Assembly (NCBI GenBank): GCA_964016885.1
Contig: OZ024746.1
Span: forward strand, 79,422,001-79,486,000
Direction of reading: 5' to 3'
DNA: 64,000 nt
Origin: Eledone cirrhosa
Lineage: Eukaryota
Part shown: positions 13,072-28,075 of the stretch, in pieces
Layout of the letters: the number at the start of each line of letters is the position of its first letter
How positions within the stretch are numbered: the first letter of the stretch is position 1
The notes under the pieces: model-generated
Databases searched by the model: none
Seen by the model: only the letters and a program-made list of their open reading frames with translations
Told to the model about the DNA's origin: nothing
Translations under genes and position numbers: made by a program

Positions 13072-13079
13072 CATATATA

Positions 13080-13146
<67 letters not shown>

Positions 13147-13355
13147 ACGAGTAGGACCCCGACGGCTGAGCTCAAGCCGTTTCGACGGTAAAACTCCAGA
13201 GAAACAAGGCTCACTGCTTAGCCATAATAAAAGAATATTTAAACTCTACTTCGGGAATGAGCACTTTTTCTTATGTCTGGCAGTAAGACACATACACACG
13301 CACACACACACACACACTCACACACACACACACACACACGCACTCACACACACAC

Positions 13356-13415
<60 letters not shown>

Positions 13416-13625
13416 GTATATATATAGTTATTTATTTGTTTCGCTCATTAGAGTGTGACTATTCTGAAGTACCACTGCAATGGGCTTGCTCGATCAAATT
13501 GATCCGCAGTACATATTTCTTCAAATCTAGTACTTATTTTATCGGTCTCTTTGTTAGACTGCCAAGTTACGGAACATAAACGAAGACATACGTAAACACG
13601 GATGCATACCAACGCTCTATATATA

Positions 13626-13720
<95 letters not shown>

Positions 13721-13871
13721 CTTTCACATTCACTTTTTATGCTCCACATTACGTCCCTTTTTTTCTTTTTTCTTTTCACTTCATAAACCTTGTTTGTAAA
13801 TAACATTATTCTTTCTGCACCATTTCTTTAACATGTGCAACACCACCATTCTATACCAATACATATCACTA

Positions 13872-13912
13872 TCATTTGATAATGCATAAAAATGCTGAAA
13901 CCGGTAAAAGAC
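13872..13912 (+). ncRNA. Minimal HHR, C3U/G8A variant (family C; element 13790-14097, second copy 33465-33770)
   Basis: TTGATAA-tgca(taaaaa)tgc-t-GAAA-ccgg-TA-aaag. The homologue at 33545-33582 is more decayed. Confidence 0.6.
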
Positions 13913-14091
13913 AATTATTAAATATATAAATAGATAAATACATGCCATTGTTAATTAATAAATAAATCAACTCATACCTTAACACTAACATATTTCGTTT
14001 GAATCATTTTCTAACCCAGAAAAAAGAGAGAAGGATATAAAAAGGGAAAAAAATATATTTTTCTTCCTAATAATCATCTCTTTTTCCCTGT

Positions 14092-14151
<60 letters not shown>

Positions 14152-14337
14152 ATAATAATAAATTCTTATCTGGATGTAAGAAAAACCGCAGACCCGCCAT
14201 CTCAACTCTACTTTTGAAAAACAGAAGAACTGCAAAAGCGGTAAAGGAACCAATTAAATATATATATTTTTTAAAAAATAAGACTCCAGTTGCATTTTCG
14301 ATTTCATATCTTTTTCTCTATCTCTCTATATATATAT

Positions 14338-14530
14338 ATAGGAAAATGTTTAACCCCGACGGTAGAGCTCAAGCCGTTCCGACGGCTAGTTCTGGACCCC
14401 AAAATAGCCGTCGAAACGGCTTGAACTCTGCCGTCGGGGTTAAATATTTTCCTATTACCCACTCTACTACCCTAAGTATTGAGTACTCTGGCGCGTTATG
14501 GTCCATCTGGTTCCTTACCACACTTCCTTC

Positions 14531-14534
<4 letters not shown>
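14338..14534 (+). mobile_element. Family B fold-back PLE terminus
   Basis: taggaaaat...ccccgacgg... is mirrored by ...ccgtcgggg...attttccta. The centre lies in the HHR helix II loop. Confidence 0.8.
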
Positions 14535-14581
<47 letters not shown>

Positions 14582-14600
14582 CATACATATATATATGTAT

Positions 14601-15011
14601 ATACTGCTGTACGGGTCTGACACTTGGACACTGACCAAGAAACTCACTTAGATGGTGGATGGGTGCTACACGAGAATGCTGAGGATGGCTCTGAACATTA
14701 ATCAGTATACACTGAGGTTGAAAAACTTAGAGCTGTATGAGAGCCTCCGAAAAGTCAGCTCAAAAGTGATACAGAGGAGACGGAGGGTAGCTGGACATGC
14801 TCACCGACATCCAGAGTTGACATTGCACTCAGTGCTCCTGTGAGAGCCCCTACATGGACATACTGGAAAAGGAAGACCAAGTTTAACGTATGTTGATGCC
14901 CTAAGGACAGACACTGGTCTGTTGGAGACGCAGAACAATGCAGCGATAATGAGGGACAGAGACCGCTGGAGAGAACTCGTCCATGGATCTCGGGAATTTT
15001 ACCCGCCCTAG
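14601..15011 (+). pseudogene. RTE-clade LINE ORF2 C-terminal fragment (5'-truncated, stops)
   Basis: LLYGSDTWTLT...GCYTRMLRMALNI...AGHAHRH...GRPSLTYVD...RDRWRELV. Typical RTE RT C-terminus, sitting in (TA)n. Confidence 0.85.
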
Positions 15012-15096
<85 letters not shown>

Positions 15097-15101
<5 letters not shown>

Positions 15102-16223
15102 TTTAATATATCAACTAACATAAGCGCACAGATGCACGCCTATGCCAGCAAATACACAGGTTATGTCATAGTACCTAGGTGGTTCAATGCAGGAGGATGC
15201 AGAACAATAATATAAAAGACGTAAAATAAGAAAATCCTTTAAAAAAAATAAAAAATAAAAAATGTTTACTTACTTAAATTTTCACTCCAACTAATTAGTT
15301 TCTGCAATGGGATAAAGACAGTTACGTAATCTAACTGTCGAGAATTCATTGCGTCATCAGGGAATCTATTCTCAGCTAAGTCTCCAGGCAATGCGCGGAG
15401 ACTGGCGGCTCATATAAAAATAATAATAATTCGGTAGATGGAACAGCTAGCGAGGACTGAATTCCATGCACTGAAATCCTCACTGCTTCTAGTCAAATGG
15501 CCGATTCTAAAGAATCAATCACGTGACACAGAGGCTAGTCAGAAGGAATGGGATGGTAAGATGACAGACGCCTACTAACACCCCCTAAAAAATTTTTTTA
15601 GAAGTGGTTTTGGCAGGTTTGCTCGACAAATCAGTGATTTGGAGATAAATATAGATAATTTAATATATCAACTAACATAAGCGCACAGATGCACGCCTAT
15701 GCCAGCAAATACACAGGTTATGTCATAGTACCTAGGTGGTTCAATGCAGGAGGATGCAGAACAATAATATAAAAGACGTTATTTATCTCCAAATCACTGA
15801 TTTGTCGAGCAAACCTGCCAAAACCATTTCTAAAAAAATTCTTTTTTTGGGGGGTGTTAGTAGGCGTCTGTCATCTTACCATCCCATTCCTTCTGACTAG
15901 CCTCTGTGTCACGTGATTGATTCTTTAGAATCGACCATTTGACTAGAAGCAGTGAGGATTTCAGTGCATGGAATTTAGTCCTCGCTAGCTGTTCCATCTA
16001 CCGAATTATTATTATTTTTATATGAGCCGCCAGTGTCCGCGCATTGCCTGGAGACTTAGCTGAGAATAGACTCCCTGATGACGCAATGAATTCTCGACAG
16101 TTAGATTACGTAACTGTCTTTATCCCATTGCAGAAACTAATTAGTTGGAGTGAAAATTTAAGTAAGTAAAAATTTTTAAAAAAAAATTTTTTAAAAGGAT
16201 TTTCTTATTTTACGTCTTTTATA
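15097..16223. mobile_element. Non-coding 557-bp HHR-bearing monomer in partial tandem plus inverted copy
   Basis: 15097-15222 is repeated at 15654-15779 (period 557). 15780-16223 is the reverse complement of 15211-15652. Confidence 0.85.
16070..16151 (+). ncRNA. Type I HHR with extended helix II (mirror 15284-15365 on minus)
   Basis: actcc-CTGATGA-c-gcaatg...gacagtta(gattacg)taactgtc...cattgc-a-GAAA-ctaattag-TT-ggagt. Confidence 0.8.
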
Positions 16224-16480
16224 ATATAGTGAAAATAACCGAGCAAAGGACTCGCGTAGAAACCTGTAATTAAATGAGCTCAAAGGAAATAGTTTATAGA
16301 CATTTTTAAAATACAATATATAGAGGGTAAAGACACAGAAGAGTGTGTTTTCATTACAGGAATTTCAAACCACCAACGTGAAGAGAATATAAGCTACTAG
16401 AGGCATAGGTAAAACATTAAAATTAAAAGTATAAATTGAAATGAGAAACCAACATCACCTAAATCACACATGTACACACT

Positions 16481-16545
16481 CACCAGGAACATGTTTCGCC
16501 ATTTTAGTGGGTTCCAATACGGCCCGGTGGGTCATCAGCATGTGG
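16481..16545 (-). ncRNA. HHR-like motif, weak helix I
   Basis: Reverse complement reads CTGATGA-ccca...tggc-GAAA-catg-TT. Confidence 0.5.
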
Positions 16546-16677
16546 AAGGCCGATATTGTTCGCACTACGAGAGAGAACTAAAGTAATCCACCTTCACACG
16601 TGTAGACATAAGAGAAATGCGTGCGCGGTGCAGTAATCGGTGGCATGAACAGAACAAGCTGCTAGAAATGGCAGCCT

Positions 16678-16758
16678 ATACTATTCAATTTATGGTGCTC
16701 AACAGCAGAGAGAGCGTGTCTTTTCCCTCTACATTATATATATATATATACATACATA

Positions 16759-16819
<61 letters not shown>

Positions 16820-16896
16820 GTGTATGTATATATATATATATAATATAGAGGGAAAAGACACGCTCTCTCTGCTGTTGAGCACCATAAATTGAATAG

Positions 16897-16900
<4 letters not shown>
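16678..16900. repeat. 60-bp inverted repeat flanking a (TA)n tract
   Basis: 16678-16738 vs 16840-16900, one mismatch seen. Confidence 0.9.
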
Positions 16901-16945
<45 letters not shown>

Positions 16946-16980
16946 GTATGTATATATATATGTATATATATATGTATATA

Positions 16981-17104
<124 letters not shown>

Positions 17105-17216
17105 TAATAAAAGGAATTCCAACTTTGTCTGATTTACTCGTTTTATTTACAATCCTTTAAAATATATAATGATAGAATGAAATAGTATGGTAGAATATTA
17201 AATGTTAAGTGTTAAT

Positions 17217-17255
17217 TGAACAAGTACTTTCATACTTTCGCAATCTTCAGGTTCA
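17217..17255 (-). ncRNA. Very compact type I HHR in fold-back insert 17102-17340
   Basis: Reverse complement reads tgaac-CTGAAGA-ttgc(gaaa)gtat-GAAA-gtac-TT-gttca. Confidence 0.75.
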
Positions 17256-17387
17256 TATTGTGTGGTGACTGTCAAGTTTGCAATTTTCAACTGTGGAAAC
17301 TTGACTGTCACCACATGTTGGAATTCCATTTATTAATATAATCTTCTATACACAATCATACACACCCGTGTATATTTCTCTCTCTCC

Positions 17388-17463
<76 letters not shown>

Positions 17464-17881
17464 ATATATATATATATATATATATAATGTGCGTGTGTTT
17501 TTATGAATCTTTGTATATTTGTATATATAATTCCACCATTGGAAAGCCATCCAAGTATTATATATATTGCTTTGAAATATTATAATTGAACTAATGGGTG
17601 AAGGTGTTTGTAGAGTGGCCTCAGAGAGGCCTTCAGGCATTTCGTTATTTAAGATAAAGTTGATAAGGATAATGGCGATGAGGACGGCGCTGCCCACGCA
17701 CGCCGAAGACAGCGTCGATGACGATGATGGTGGTGGTAATGGTGTTGATGATGACTAGAGGGTGAAGATTATGACGATGTAGACAATGATGATGATGATG
17801 AGAAATCGGGCAGCGATATATATATATATATGCATATATATGTGTACGTGTGTATGTATCTCTCTCTCTCTATCTCTATCT

Positions 17882-17919
<38 letters not shown>

Positions 17920-17956
17920 ATGTATATTATATAATATATATATATATACATATCTG

Positions 17957-17996
<40 letters not shown>

Positions 17997-18002
<6 letters not shown>

Positions 18003-18104
18003 GAAGGAGATGTGATAAGGAACCAGATGGACCAAAACACACCAGAGTACTCAATACTTAGGGTAGTAGAGTGGGTAATAGGAAAAAGTATGACCCCGAC
18101 GGCA
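17997..18104 (-). mobile_element. Family B terminus
   Basis: Reverse complement of the family B tail. Confidence 0.75.
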
Positions 18105-18106
18105 GT

Positions 18107-19203
18107 AATCTTCCAACCTTCATTGGTATTTCATCGCTTTAAAAATCATATACCTCTGGTTGGTGCGAGCAATAACTAAATAAAATTATTGGGACAAGTA
18201 AAATAGCGTGAAGCGAGCGAGACATGTAACCAAACAAAGATCGTATTACAAGGGAAAGATAGGAAGAGACAAGTAGATGATATCTGTAAGCTTAAGCTTG
18301 GTGAATTCACGAACGAGAGATACAGACCATCCAACATGTGTGACATGTGAGCGAGAAAAGGATTTCACACAGATCAAACGGGAGGAAGTGAGATAGGGGG
18401 AGAAGCAGAGAGTGAGTGAGTGGAAGTGTGAGGAAGCGGCCAGCCGAGAGAGAGCGTGACTGGCAGAGGGGTAAAAAGAAGGTGAGAGATACAGAGGGGA
18501 AGCAGTAAGAAAGAAACAGACAATCGCTGCTGAGGAAAAAATATAAATATAAGAAAAATGGAGTGCTGCGTGGTTGCACATGGGTTACATATGAATGATT
18601 TTTAAAGCGATGAAATACCAATGAAGGTTGGAAGATCACTGATGAAGGATTAATTTTATTCACATGTAACCCATGTGCAACCACGCAGCACTCCATTTTT
18701 CTTATATTTATATTTTTTCCTCAGCTGCGATTGTCTGTTTCTTTCTTACTACTTCCCCTTTCTCTGTATCTCTCACCGTCTGTCAGTCACACTGTCGCTT
18801 GACTGGCCTCTTCCCCACACTTCCACTCACTCACTCTCTGCTTCTCCCCCTCTCTCACTTCATCCCGTTTGACCTGTGTGAAATCCTTTTCTCGCTCACA
18901 TCTCACCGATGTCGGATGGTCTGTATCTCTCGTCCATGAATTCACCAAGCTTAAGCTTATAGATATCATGTACTTGTCCCTTCCTATCTTTCCGTTGCAA
19001 TACCATCTTTGTTTGTTTACATGTCTCGCTCGCTTTACGCTATTTTACTTATCCCAATAACTTTATTTAGTTATTGCTCGCACCAGAGGTATATGATTTT
19101 TAAAGCGATGAAATACCAATGAAAGTTGGAAGATCACTGATGAAGGACTAATTTTATTCATATGTAACCTATGTGCAACCACGCAGCACTCCATTTTTCT
19201 TAT
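18107..19203. mobile_element. 498-bp non-coding monomer, 1.2 tandem copies plus diverged inverted copy
   Basis: atgatttttaaagcg occurs at 18595 and 19093. 18107-18594 is the reverse complement of about 18658-19136. A relative lies at 58440-58655 (-). Confidence 0.8.
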
Positions 19204-19740
19204 ATATATATATATATATATTAGAAAGTGAGGTTTTTTTTACAAAATGGAAAATAACCGAGGTGTCCTACACGAGTGAAAGTATAAGGAAAAAAGATGC
19301 AACTGGAGTCTTTTTTTTATATATGAAAATACAACTTAACCCCCCCCCCCCTTTGTTTAAGAACTCTGTAAAGCGAACTGGAGCGAAATTTATTATACTT
19401 ATTCACCAACCAACCAGATTACTTCTCTAAAAACCTGGCATTTCGAGCCACTTTTTTTCATATAAAACAGAAGTAACATTCAAAGACCAACCAGATGTGA
19501 GAAAAACCACAGACCCTCCATCTCAATTCTACTTTTGAAAAGCAGAAGAACTGCGAAACCGGTAAAGGAACCAAATAAATATATATTTAAAAATAAAGAC
19601 TCCAGTTGCATTTTCAATTTCATCTTTTTTCCTTATATATATATATAAATATAGATTCAGTGAGAATCGCATTTCGGCGGGTAGAAAAGGCGAAACGAAA
19701 CGCAAAAATCAGATATGATACTGGCAAGCGCTCGATATAT

Positions 19741-19821
<81 letters not shown>

Positions 19822-19889
19822 CGATCGATAAATAGATAGATGGATAAATATTGATATAACAAAAATGCAAAATTTATAACAAAGGCCAT

Positions 19890-20038
19890 CGCAACAGTAA
19901 CACAAGCTGCTACAGCAATGTCTTTAACAGTACCAATGCCAATGATGATGAAGATGATGATAAAAGGGGAAGAAGAAGAAGAAGAAGAAGAAGAAGAAGA
20001 AGAAGAAGAAGAAGAAGAAGAAGAAGAAGAAGAAGAAG

Positions 20039-20127
<89 letters not shown>

Positions 20128-20996
20128 GGTAGTATGTATGGGAGCGGTATCAGCAACAAGAAAAATAATAACAACAATTCGTACAAGAATTAGGCTATCA
20201 ACAATAAAATTTCTAATTATAGATATTGATCGAATATATTTTTTTAGTGTATTATTTAATTTCCACCCCCCCCATATCCACCCCATCTCCCTCCCCTTTA
20301 CTTTCATTTTCTGTCCTTTATTATTGTTATTGTTATTGTTATTATTATTATTTTTATTTTTTTCCGCCATTCGTTCTACATACATCTCTTCAATGTAACT
20401 TCTCATCTTACTTTTAATGGAGATATCTTTCAAGGAATTGGCAGCAATAGCCAACAACAACAACAACAACGACAATAACCACAACAACAACGACAACGAC
20501 AACGACGACAACAAAACAACAACGACAACGACGACAACAAAAACGACAACAACAACAACTACAACAACGACAAAAACGACAACAACAACAACTACAACAA
20601 CGACAAAAACGACAACAACAACAACAACAACAACAACGACAACGACAACGACGACAACAAAAACGACAACAACAACAACAACTACAACAACAACGACAAC
20701 AACAGCAAAATCAACAACAACTACAACCACAACAACAACGACGACGACAACAACAACAACAACTACTACAACCACAACAACAACAACAACAACGACAACC
20801 ACAACAACGACAACCACAACAACAATAACAACTACAACCACAACAATAACAACAAACACAACAATAACCACAACCTCAACCACAACAAAGGCAACAGCTA
20901 CAATAGCAAGAACAACAATAACAACAGTAACAACAACGAATGCAGCAGGAGCAATAACAACTACAGTAATAACTACGGCAAGATGCATCAACAGCT

Positions 20997-21035
<39 letters not shown>

Positions 21036-21176
21036 ATAGTAGTAGTAGCAGTAGCAACAACAACAACAACAACGACGAGGACCGCGAAAGAAACAATGAT
21101 GACGTCAACTGCAGTAAAGCCGACCAAAGCAATAATGTCCGCTGCAGCAACAACAACAACAACAACTACTACTACA

Positions 21177-21209
<33 letters not shown>

Positions 21210-21435
21210 GCTGCTGCTACTACTACTACTGCTGCTGCTGCTATAACTACTACAACTACTATTACTGCTGCTACTACTATTGTTGCTGCTACTACTACTA
21301 GTACTACAACTACTATTACTGCTGCTACTACTACTGTTGCTGCTACTGCTGCTACTGCTACTACTACTACTACTACTACTACTACTGCTGCTGCTGCTAC
21401 TACTACTACTACTACTACTAATACTACTACTGCTG

Positions 21436-21469
<34 letters not shown>

Positions 21470-21567
21470 CACTACTACTAATACTACTACTGCTACTACT
21501 ACTACTACTACTACTACTGCTGCTGCTACTACTACTACTACTACTACTAATACTACTACTGCTGCTG

Positions 21568-21605
<38 letters not shown>

Positions 21606-21704
21606 GCTGCTGCTGTTGCTGCTCTGCTGCTGCTACTACTGCTGCTGCTATAACTACTACTACAACTACTATTACTGCTGCTCCCACTACTGTTGCTGCT
21701 GTTG

Positions 21705-21750
<46 letters not shown>

Positions 21751-21866
21751 TACTACTACTACTACTAAAGCAACAGCAACAGTAGCGACAGCACTAGCAG
21801 CATTAGTAACAGAATGAGTAGCAACAGCAGCAGCAGCAGCAGCAGTAGCAACAAAAACTGCAGCAA

Positions 21867-21898
<32 letters not shown>

Positions 21899-22890
21899 GC
21901 AGCAGCAACCTCAACCACAAACATCAATGGCACACGACTAAATGTAATTGTGCAGGACAGATAAGACATATAAAAGCTTTATTGACGATAGTTGATCTCT
22001 GTGATGTTGTCAATGAGCTTCTATTGGTGGTATAACCACTTCTTCCCCCACCACCACCACTATCATCACCACCACCACCACCACTATCTCTACCACCACT
22101 ATCATCACCATCACTATCATCGTCACCACTATCATCACGAGCACTATCTCTACCACTATCACCACCACTATCATCACCACCATTATCATCACCACTATCT
22201 TCACCACCACCACCACCACCACCACTACCATCACCACCACCACCACCACTACCATCACCACCACCACCACTATCTCTACCACCACTATCTTCACCACCAC
22301 TATCACCACCGCCACTATCATCACAACCACTATCATCATCACCACTACCACTATCACCACCACCACTATCATCACCACCACTATCATCATCCCTATCACC
22401 ACCATCACCACCACCACCACCACCACCACCACTATCATCACCACCACTTCTATAAACACCATCATCGTAAACACCACTACCACCACCACCACCACTTCTA
22501 TAAACACCATCACCGTAACCACCACTACCATCACATCACCACTACCACCACCACCACCACTTCTATAAACACCATCATCGTAACCACCACTACCATCACA
22601 TCACCACTACCACCACCACACCACCATCGCCATTACTATCACAACCATCATGACCAGCGCTATCACTACCATCACCATTACTACCCTATCAATTCCACCA
22701 CCAATATCAATCGCCATCACCACCACCACAACCACAACAACAACCACATCCACTACCACTATCACCACAATTACCATCACAACCATCATGACCACCGCTA
22801 AACATCAATATTAGTATCAGTACATCTACAACATCAACACAACCACCATCACTACTACTACTAACAACAACAACAACAACAACAAAAAAA
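19890..22890. repeat. 3-kb compound trinucleotide array (GAA, CAA/CGA, TAG, CTA/CTG, CAG, CAC/CAT)
   Basis: Visible directly. Source of the poly-T/L/H/V ORFs. Confidence 0.95.
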
Positions 22891-23599
22891 CCAATAATAA
22901 CTGTTTCTGATTTATGTACAAGGCCAGCAATTTTGAGGCAGAGAGCTTCATTGAGTAGACTACTCTACAGACACCGACCTGCATTCAACGATATGTGCAC
23001 ACTTCCTAATTGTCCCATCAACAATGTAGAGGTGTGAATGAGAGCGTATGTTGTTTACAAAGTGACATGTAAAAAATGTAGCTCCTCGTACATCGGCTGA
23101 CCGTTCAGATGCTGCACATGCGGATCAAAAAGAACATGGCGTTGATAGCTTCTTGACAGATCTCGTAGCCGAGCCAAGACATTGAGGTCATCATAGGGAT
23201 GATGCATAGGAATGTGGAAAATTTAAGAATCAAACCTGCCATTATCATGAACAAGAAAACGCCACAGGTAAATAAAAGATTGGAATGCACGAAGCGGGCG
23301 GGCAGCTATAGGGCGTTCCTGCATGCGTATTTCAGGCACGTAGACCAGTTAGGGAAGAAGACATCGATCGTTCGTTTTTGTTTTGAAGTGTTCTCGTTTC
23401 ACATTTGAAAAGAAGGTATAGCCATGAAATATCGTATTGAAATATACTCGGTAGATCATTACTTTGTTTGTATTTAGTTGTTATCCTTTGCCCTTTATAT
23501 ATTTCTACCGTATTGTACCGGATTTTTTAAACTTATCAGTCATAAATATGTGTGAGTGTGTATATATATATGTGTGTGTGTGTGTGAATATATATGTAC

Positions 23600-23650
<51 letters not shown>

Positions 23651-23658
23651 CACACCCA

Positions 23659-23693
<35 letters not shown>

Positions 23694-23706
23694 TATTATT
23701 ATTATT

Positions 23707-24227
23707 AAATCCCGCCGAGCTTAACTTTGCCTTTCATCCTTACGGGGTCGATAAAATAAAGTACCAGTAATGTACTGGGTAATTGCTGGCCTTGTGCCTA
23801 AAAATAGAAACAATTATTATTATTATTATAGGGCGGTGGAATGGCAGTATGGGTAGAGGGTGGACGCTATGCTTTGTAGCTTAGAGTTACGCCCCTTTAC
23901 GGTCTGAGTTCAAATCCCGCCGAGGTTAACTTTGCCTTTCATCCTTACGGGGTCGATAAAATAAAGTACCAGTTATGCAGCTGGGGTCGATTTAATCAAT
24001 GTTCCCCTCCCCACCAAATCACTGGCCTTGTGCCTATAGTGAATTGGCAGTATCGGTCGAGGGTTAGACGCCATGCTTTCTAGCATAGTTACGTCCCTTT
24101 ACAGTCTGAGTTCAAATCCCGCCGAGGTTAACTTTGCCTTTCATCCTTACGGGGTCGATAAAATAAAGTACCAGTAATGTACTGGGTAATTGCTGGCCTT
24201 GTGCCTAAAGAAGAAACAATTATTATT
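23707..24227 (+). mobile_element. Cluster of three S1 SINE copies head-to-tail
   Basis: The S1 core is repeated at about 23715, 23920 and 24122, next to (ATT)n. Confidence 0.85.
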
Positions 24228-24373
24228 AAGAGTTGGGACCAGACGGCTAAGCTCTTGTTTCAACAGTTAGTTCCAGACTGGAAATAGCTTTATAACATAA
24301 CCCAAGTATCGAGTAAGCTGTTGATTAATGGTCTAACCAGTTTCAAACTGAAGCCAGCCTGATTTATATGTAT

Positions 24374-24404
<31 letters not shown>

Positions 24405-25109
24405 CATACATATATAGGGAAAATGTTCAAGACCCCGACAGCAGAGCTCAATCCGTTTCGACAGCTATTTCTGGACTAAATTTCTGGACTTCCTTCGTTA
24501 CATACATATATATAGAGAAAGAGAGTCAGCTAGAGATGGAGAGGAAGAGAGAGATAGATAGATAGATAGGGACAGAGAGAGGAGGGGGAGTGAGAGAGAG
24601 ATAGAAAGAGAGAGAGAAGAAAGAGGGGGGGGGGGGGAGAATGAAACTTTGAAATCATAACGAACATTTTAAAACAAATATTTATCTAATATTTTATTTA
24701 GGTCTTTATTGTAGTAAATATTGATTTCTTTATTAAGTTAATGTTGTCTTCTATATAATTTAAAACACCTATTTTAATGCATGTACGTGCGTGTGTGTGT
24801 TTATATGAGTGTATGTGTTTGTGTGCGAGAGTGTGTGTGTGTTTGTATGAGTGTGTGTTCTATAGTTCTATCTTTAATATACGACATCGTGGTTTACTCT
24901 TTTCTTTCTCTATCTTTTTAATCTTATTTTCATCTCACCCGCTATGCTGTATCTACCCCCTCAGGTTTTCTCACCTTAACTTTCAAATACATCCTTATCA
25001 GTATACATATATGTACATATATATGTGCGTGAGTGTGTGTCTGTGTATGTGTGTGTATGTTTGTGTATATATATATGTATATATACATATCTGCATCTAT
25101 ATACATATG

Positions 25110-25176
<67 letters not shown>

Positions 25177-25177
25177 T

Positions 25178-25817
25178 ATGAAGAGAGAAGAAACATTTAG
25201 ATATAATTAGTAATAAAATGTATCATACCTAAACTGCTCCTAAATTCCTCGACTACGTAGTTTCGTGGCATAAACAAAAACAATATATCATGAAGATATA
25301 GAGTCCTTGCGAGGTCTGCCGACTTATCAAGAGGGGACCTCATTTTACTAGTCTCAAGAACGCGTCTACACGACGTGAGAAAGAATCCCAAAAGGCGGAG
25401 GGGGAGATAGTCACGCGATATAACGGTCGAGAAACAGAGCTAAGCCTCTTATAACCCCGAAGAAAATACCACGGAGGCGGAGGGGGTATTTATATCGAGG
25501 CCGTAGAAGAGGTGGTGAAGAAGGCAAGAAGTATGAGTAATGGAAGCCTTCCAGCTGTCCCCACACCTCAAAGATTGCTCGACCAGAGGGAGTTATTAAC
25601 AATATAATTAGAAACACACAGATACATGCGGACGGACACACATATATACATGAATGCATCCGAACCCAACTGTGAGTTAAGGGTGCCAACTTCACCGATG
25701 TTGCTCAATTGAGCAACATCGGTGAAGTTGGCACCCTTAACTCACAGTTGGGTGCGGATGCATTCATGTATATATGTGTGTGTGTCCGCCTGTATCTGTG
25801 TGTTTCTAATTATATTG

Positions 25818-25820
<3 letters not shown>
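25178..25820 (-). mobile_element. Fold-back insert: 112-bp arms (25597-25820) centred on CAATTG, long arm carrying HHR
   Basis: Near-perfect palindrome with centre 25708/25709. TA tracts on both sides. Confidence 0.8.
25247..25334 (-). ncRNA. Type I HHR, C3U/G8A variant, long helix II
   Basis: Reverse complement reads cctc-TTGATAA-gtcggca...tgccac-GAAA-ctacgtag-TC-gagg. Confidence 0.8.
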
Positions 25821-25864
<44 letters not shown>

Positions 25865-26004
25865 TTTGCATCTATATATATATCATATATATATATATAA
25901 AGAGATGTCAACATGAGTCAACATGAATGGACCTATTATTTTTATCTAAAGACATTTTTCCAATTCCATCAAGCCCGTCCCCTCAATCTATTTTATTTCT
26001 CATT

Positions 26005-26045
26005 CTTTCTTCTGATGAAGGACTAGCGTTCGAAACGTTATGATC
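26005..26045 (+). ncRNA. Degenerate minimal HHR
   Basis: CTGATGA-a-ggac(tagc)gttc-GAAA-cgt. Helix I is poor. Confidence 0.45.
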
Positions 26046-26127
26046 CTCTTCCTGCTATATCAAGCGTTAACATAATATATACCTTCCATATATTGTATCG
26101 ATTTTGTTGTTATTTCTGTTCATCTTT

Positions 26128-26178
<51 letters not shown>

Positions 26179-26234
26179 ATGTCCAGAAATAGACATCGAA
26201 ACGGGTTGAGCTCTGCTGTCAGGGTTAAACTTTT

Positions 26235-28075
<1,841 letters not shown>

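Noticed and set aside
19924-22801. Long ORFs (413, 294, 269 aa; poly-V/T/L/H), mucin- or His-rich-looking
   Set aside because: Pure trinucleotide arrays open in several frames on both strands, with no splice or unique-domain context.
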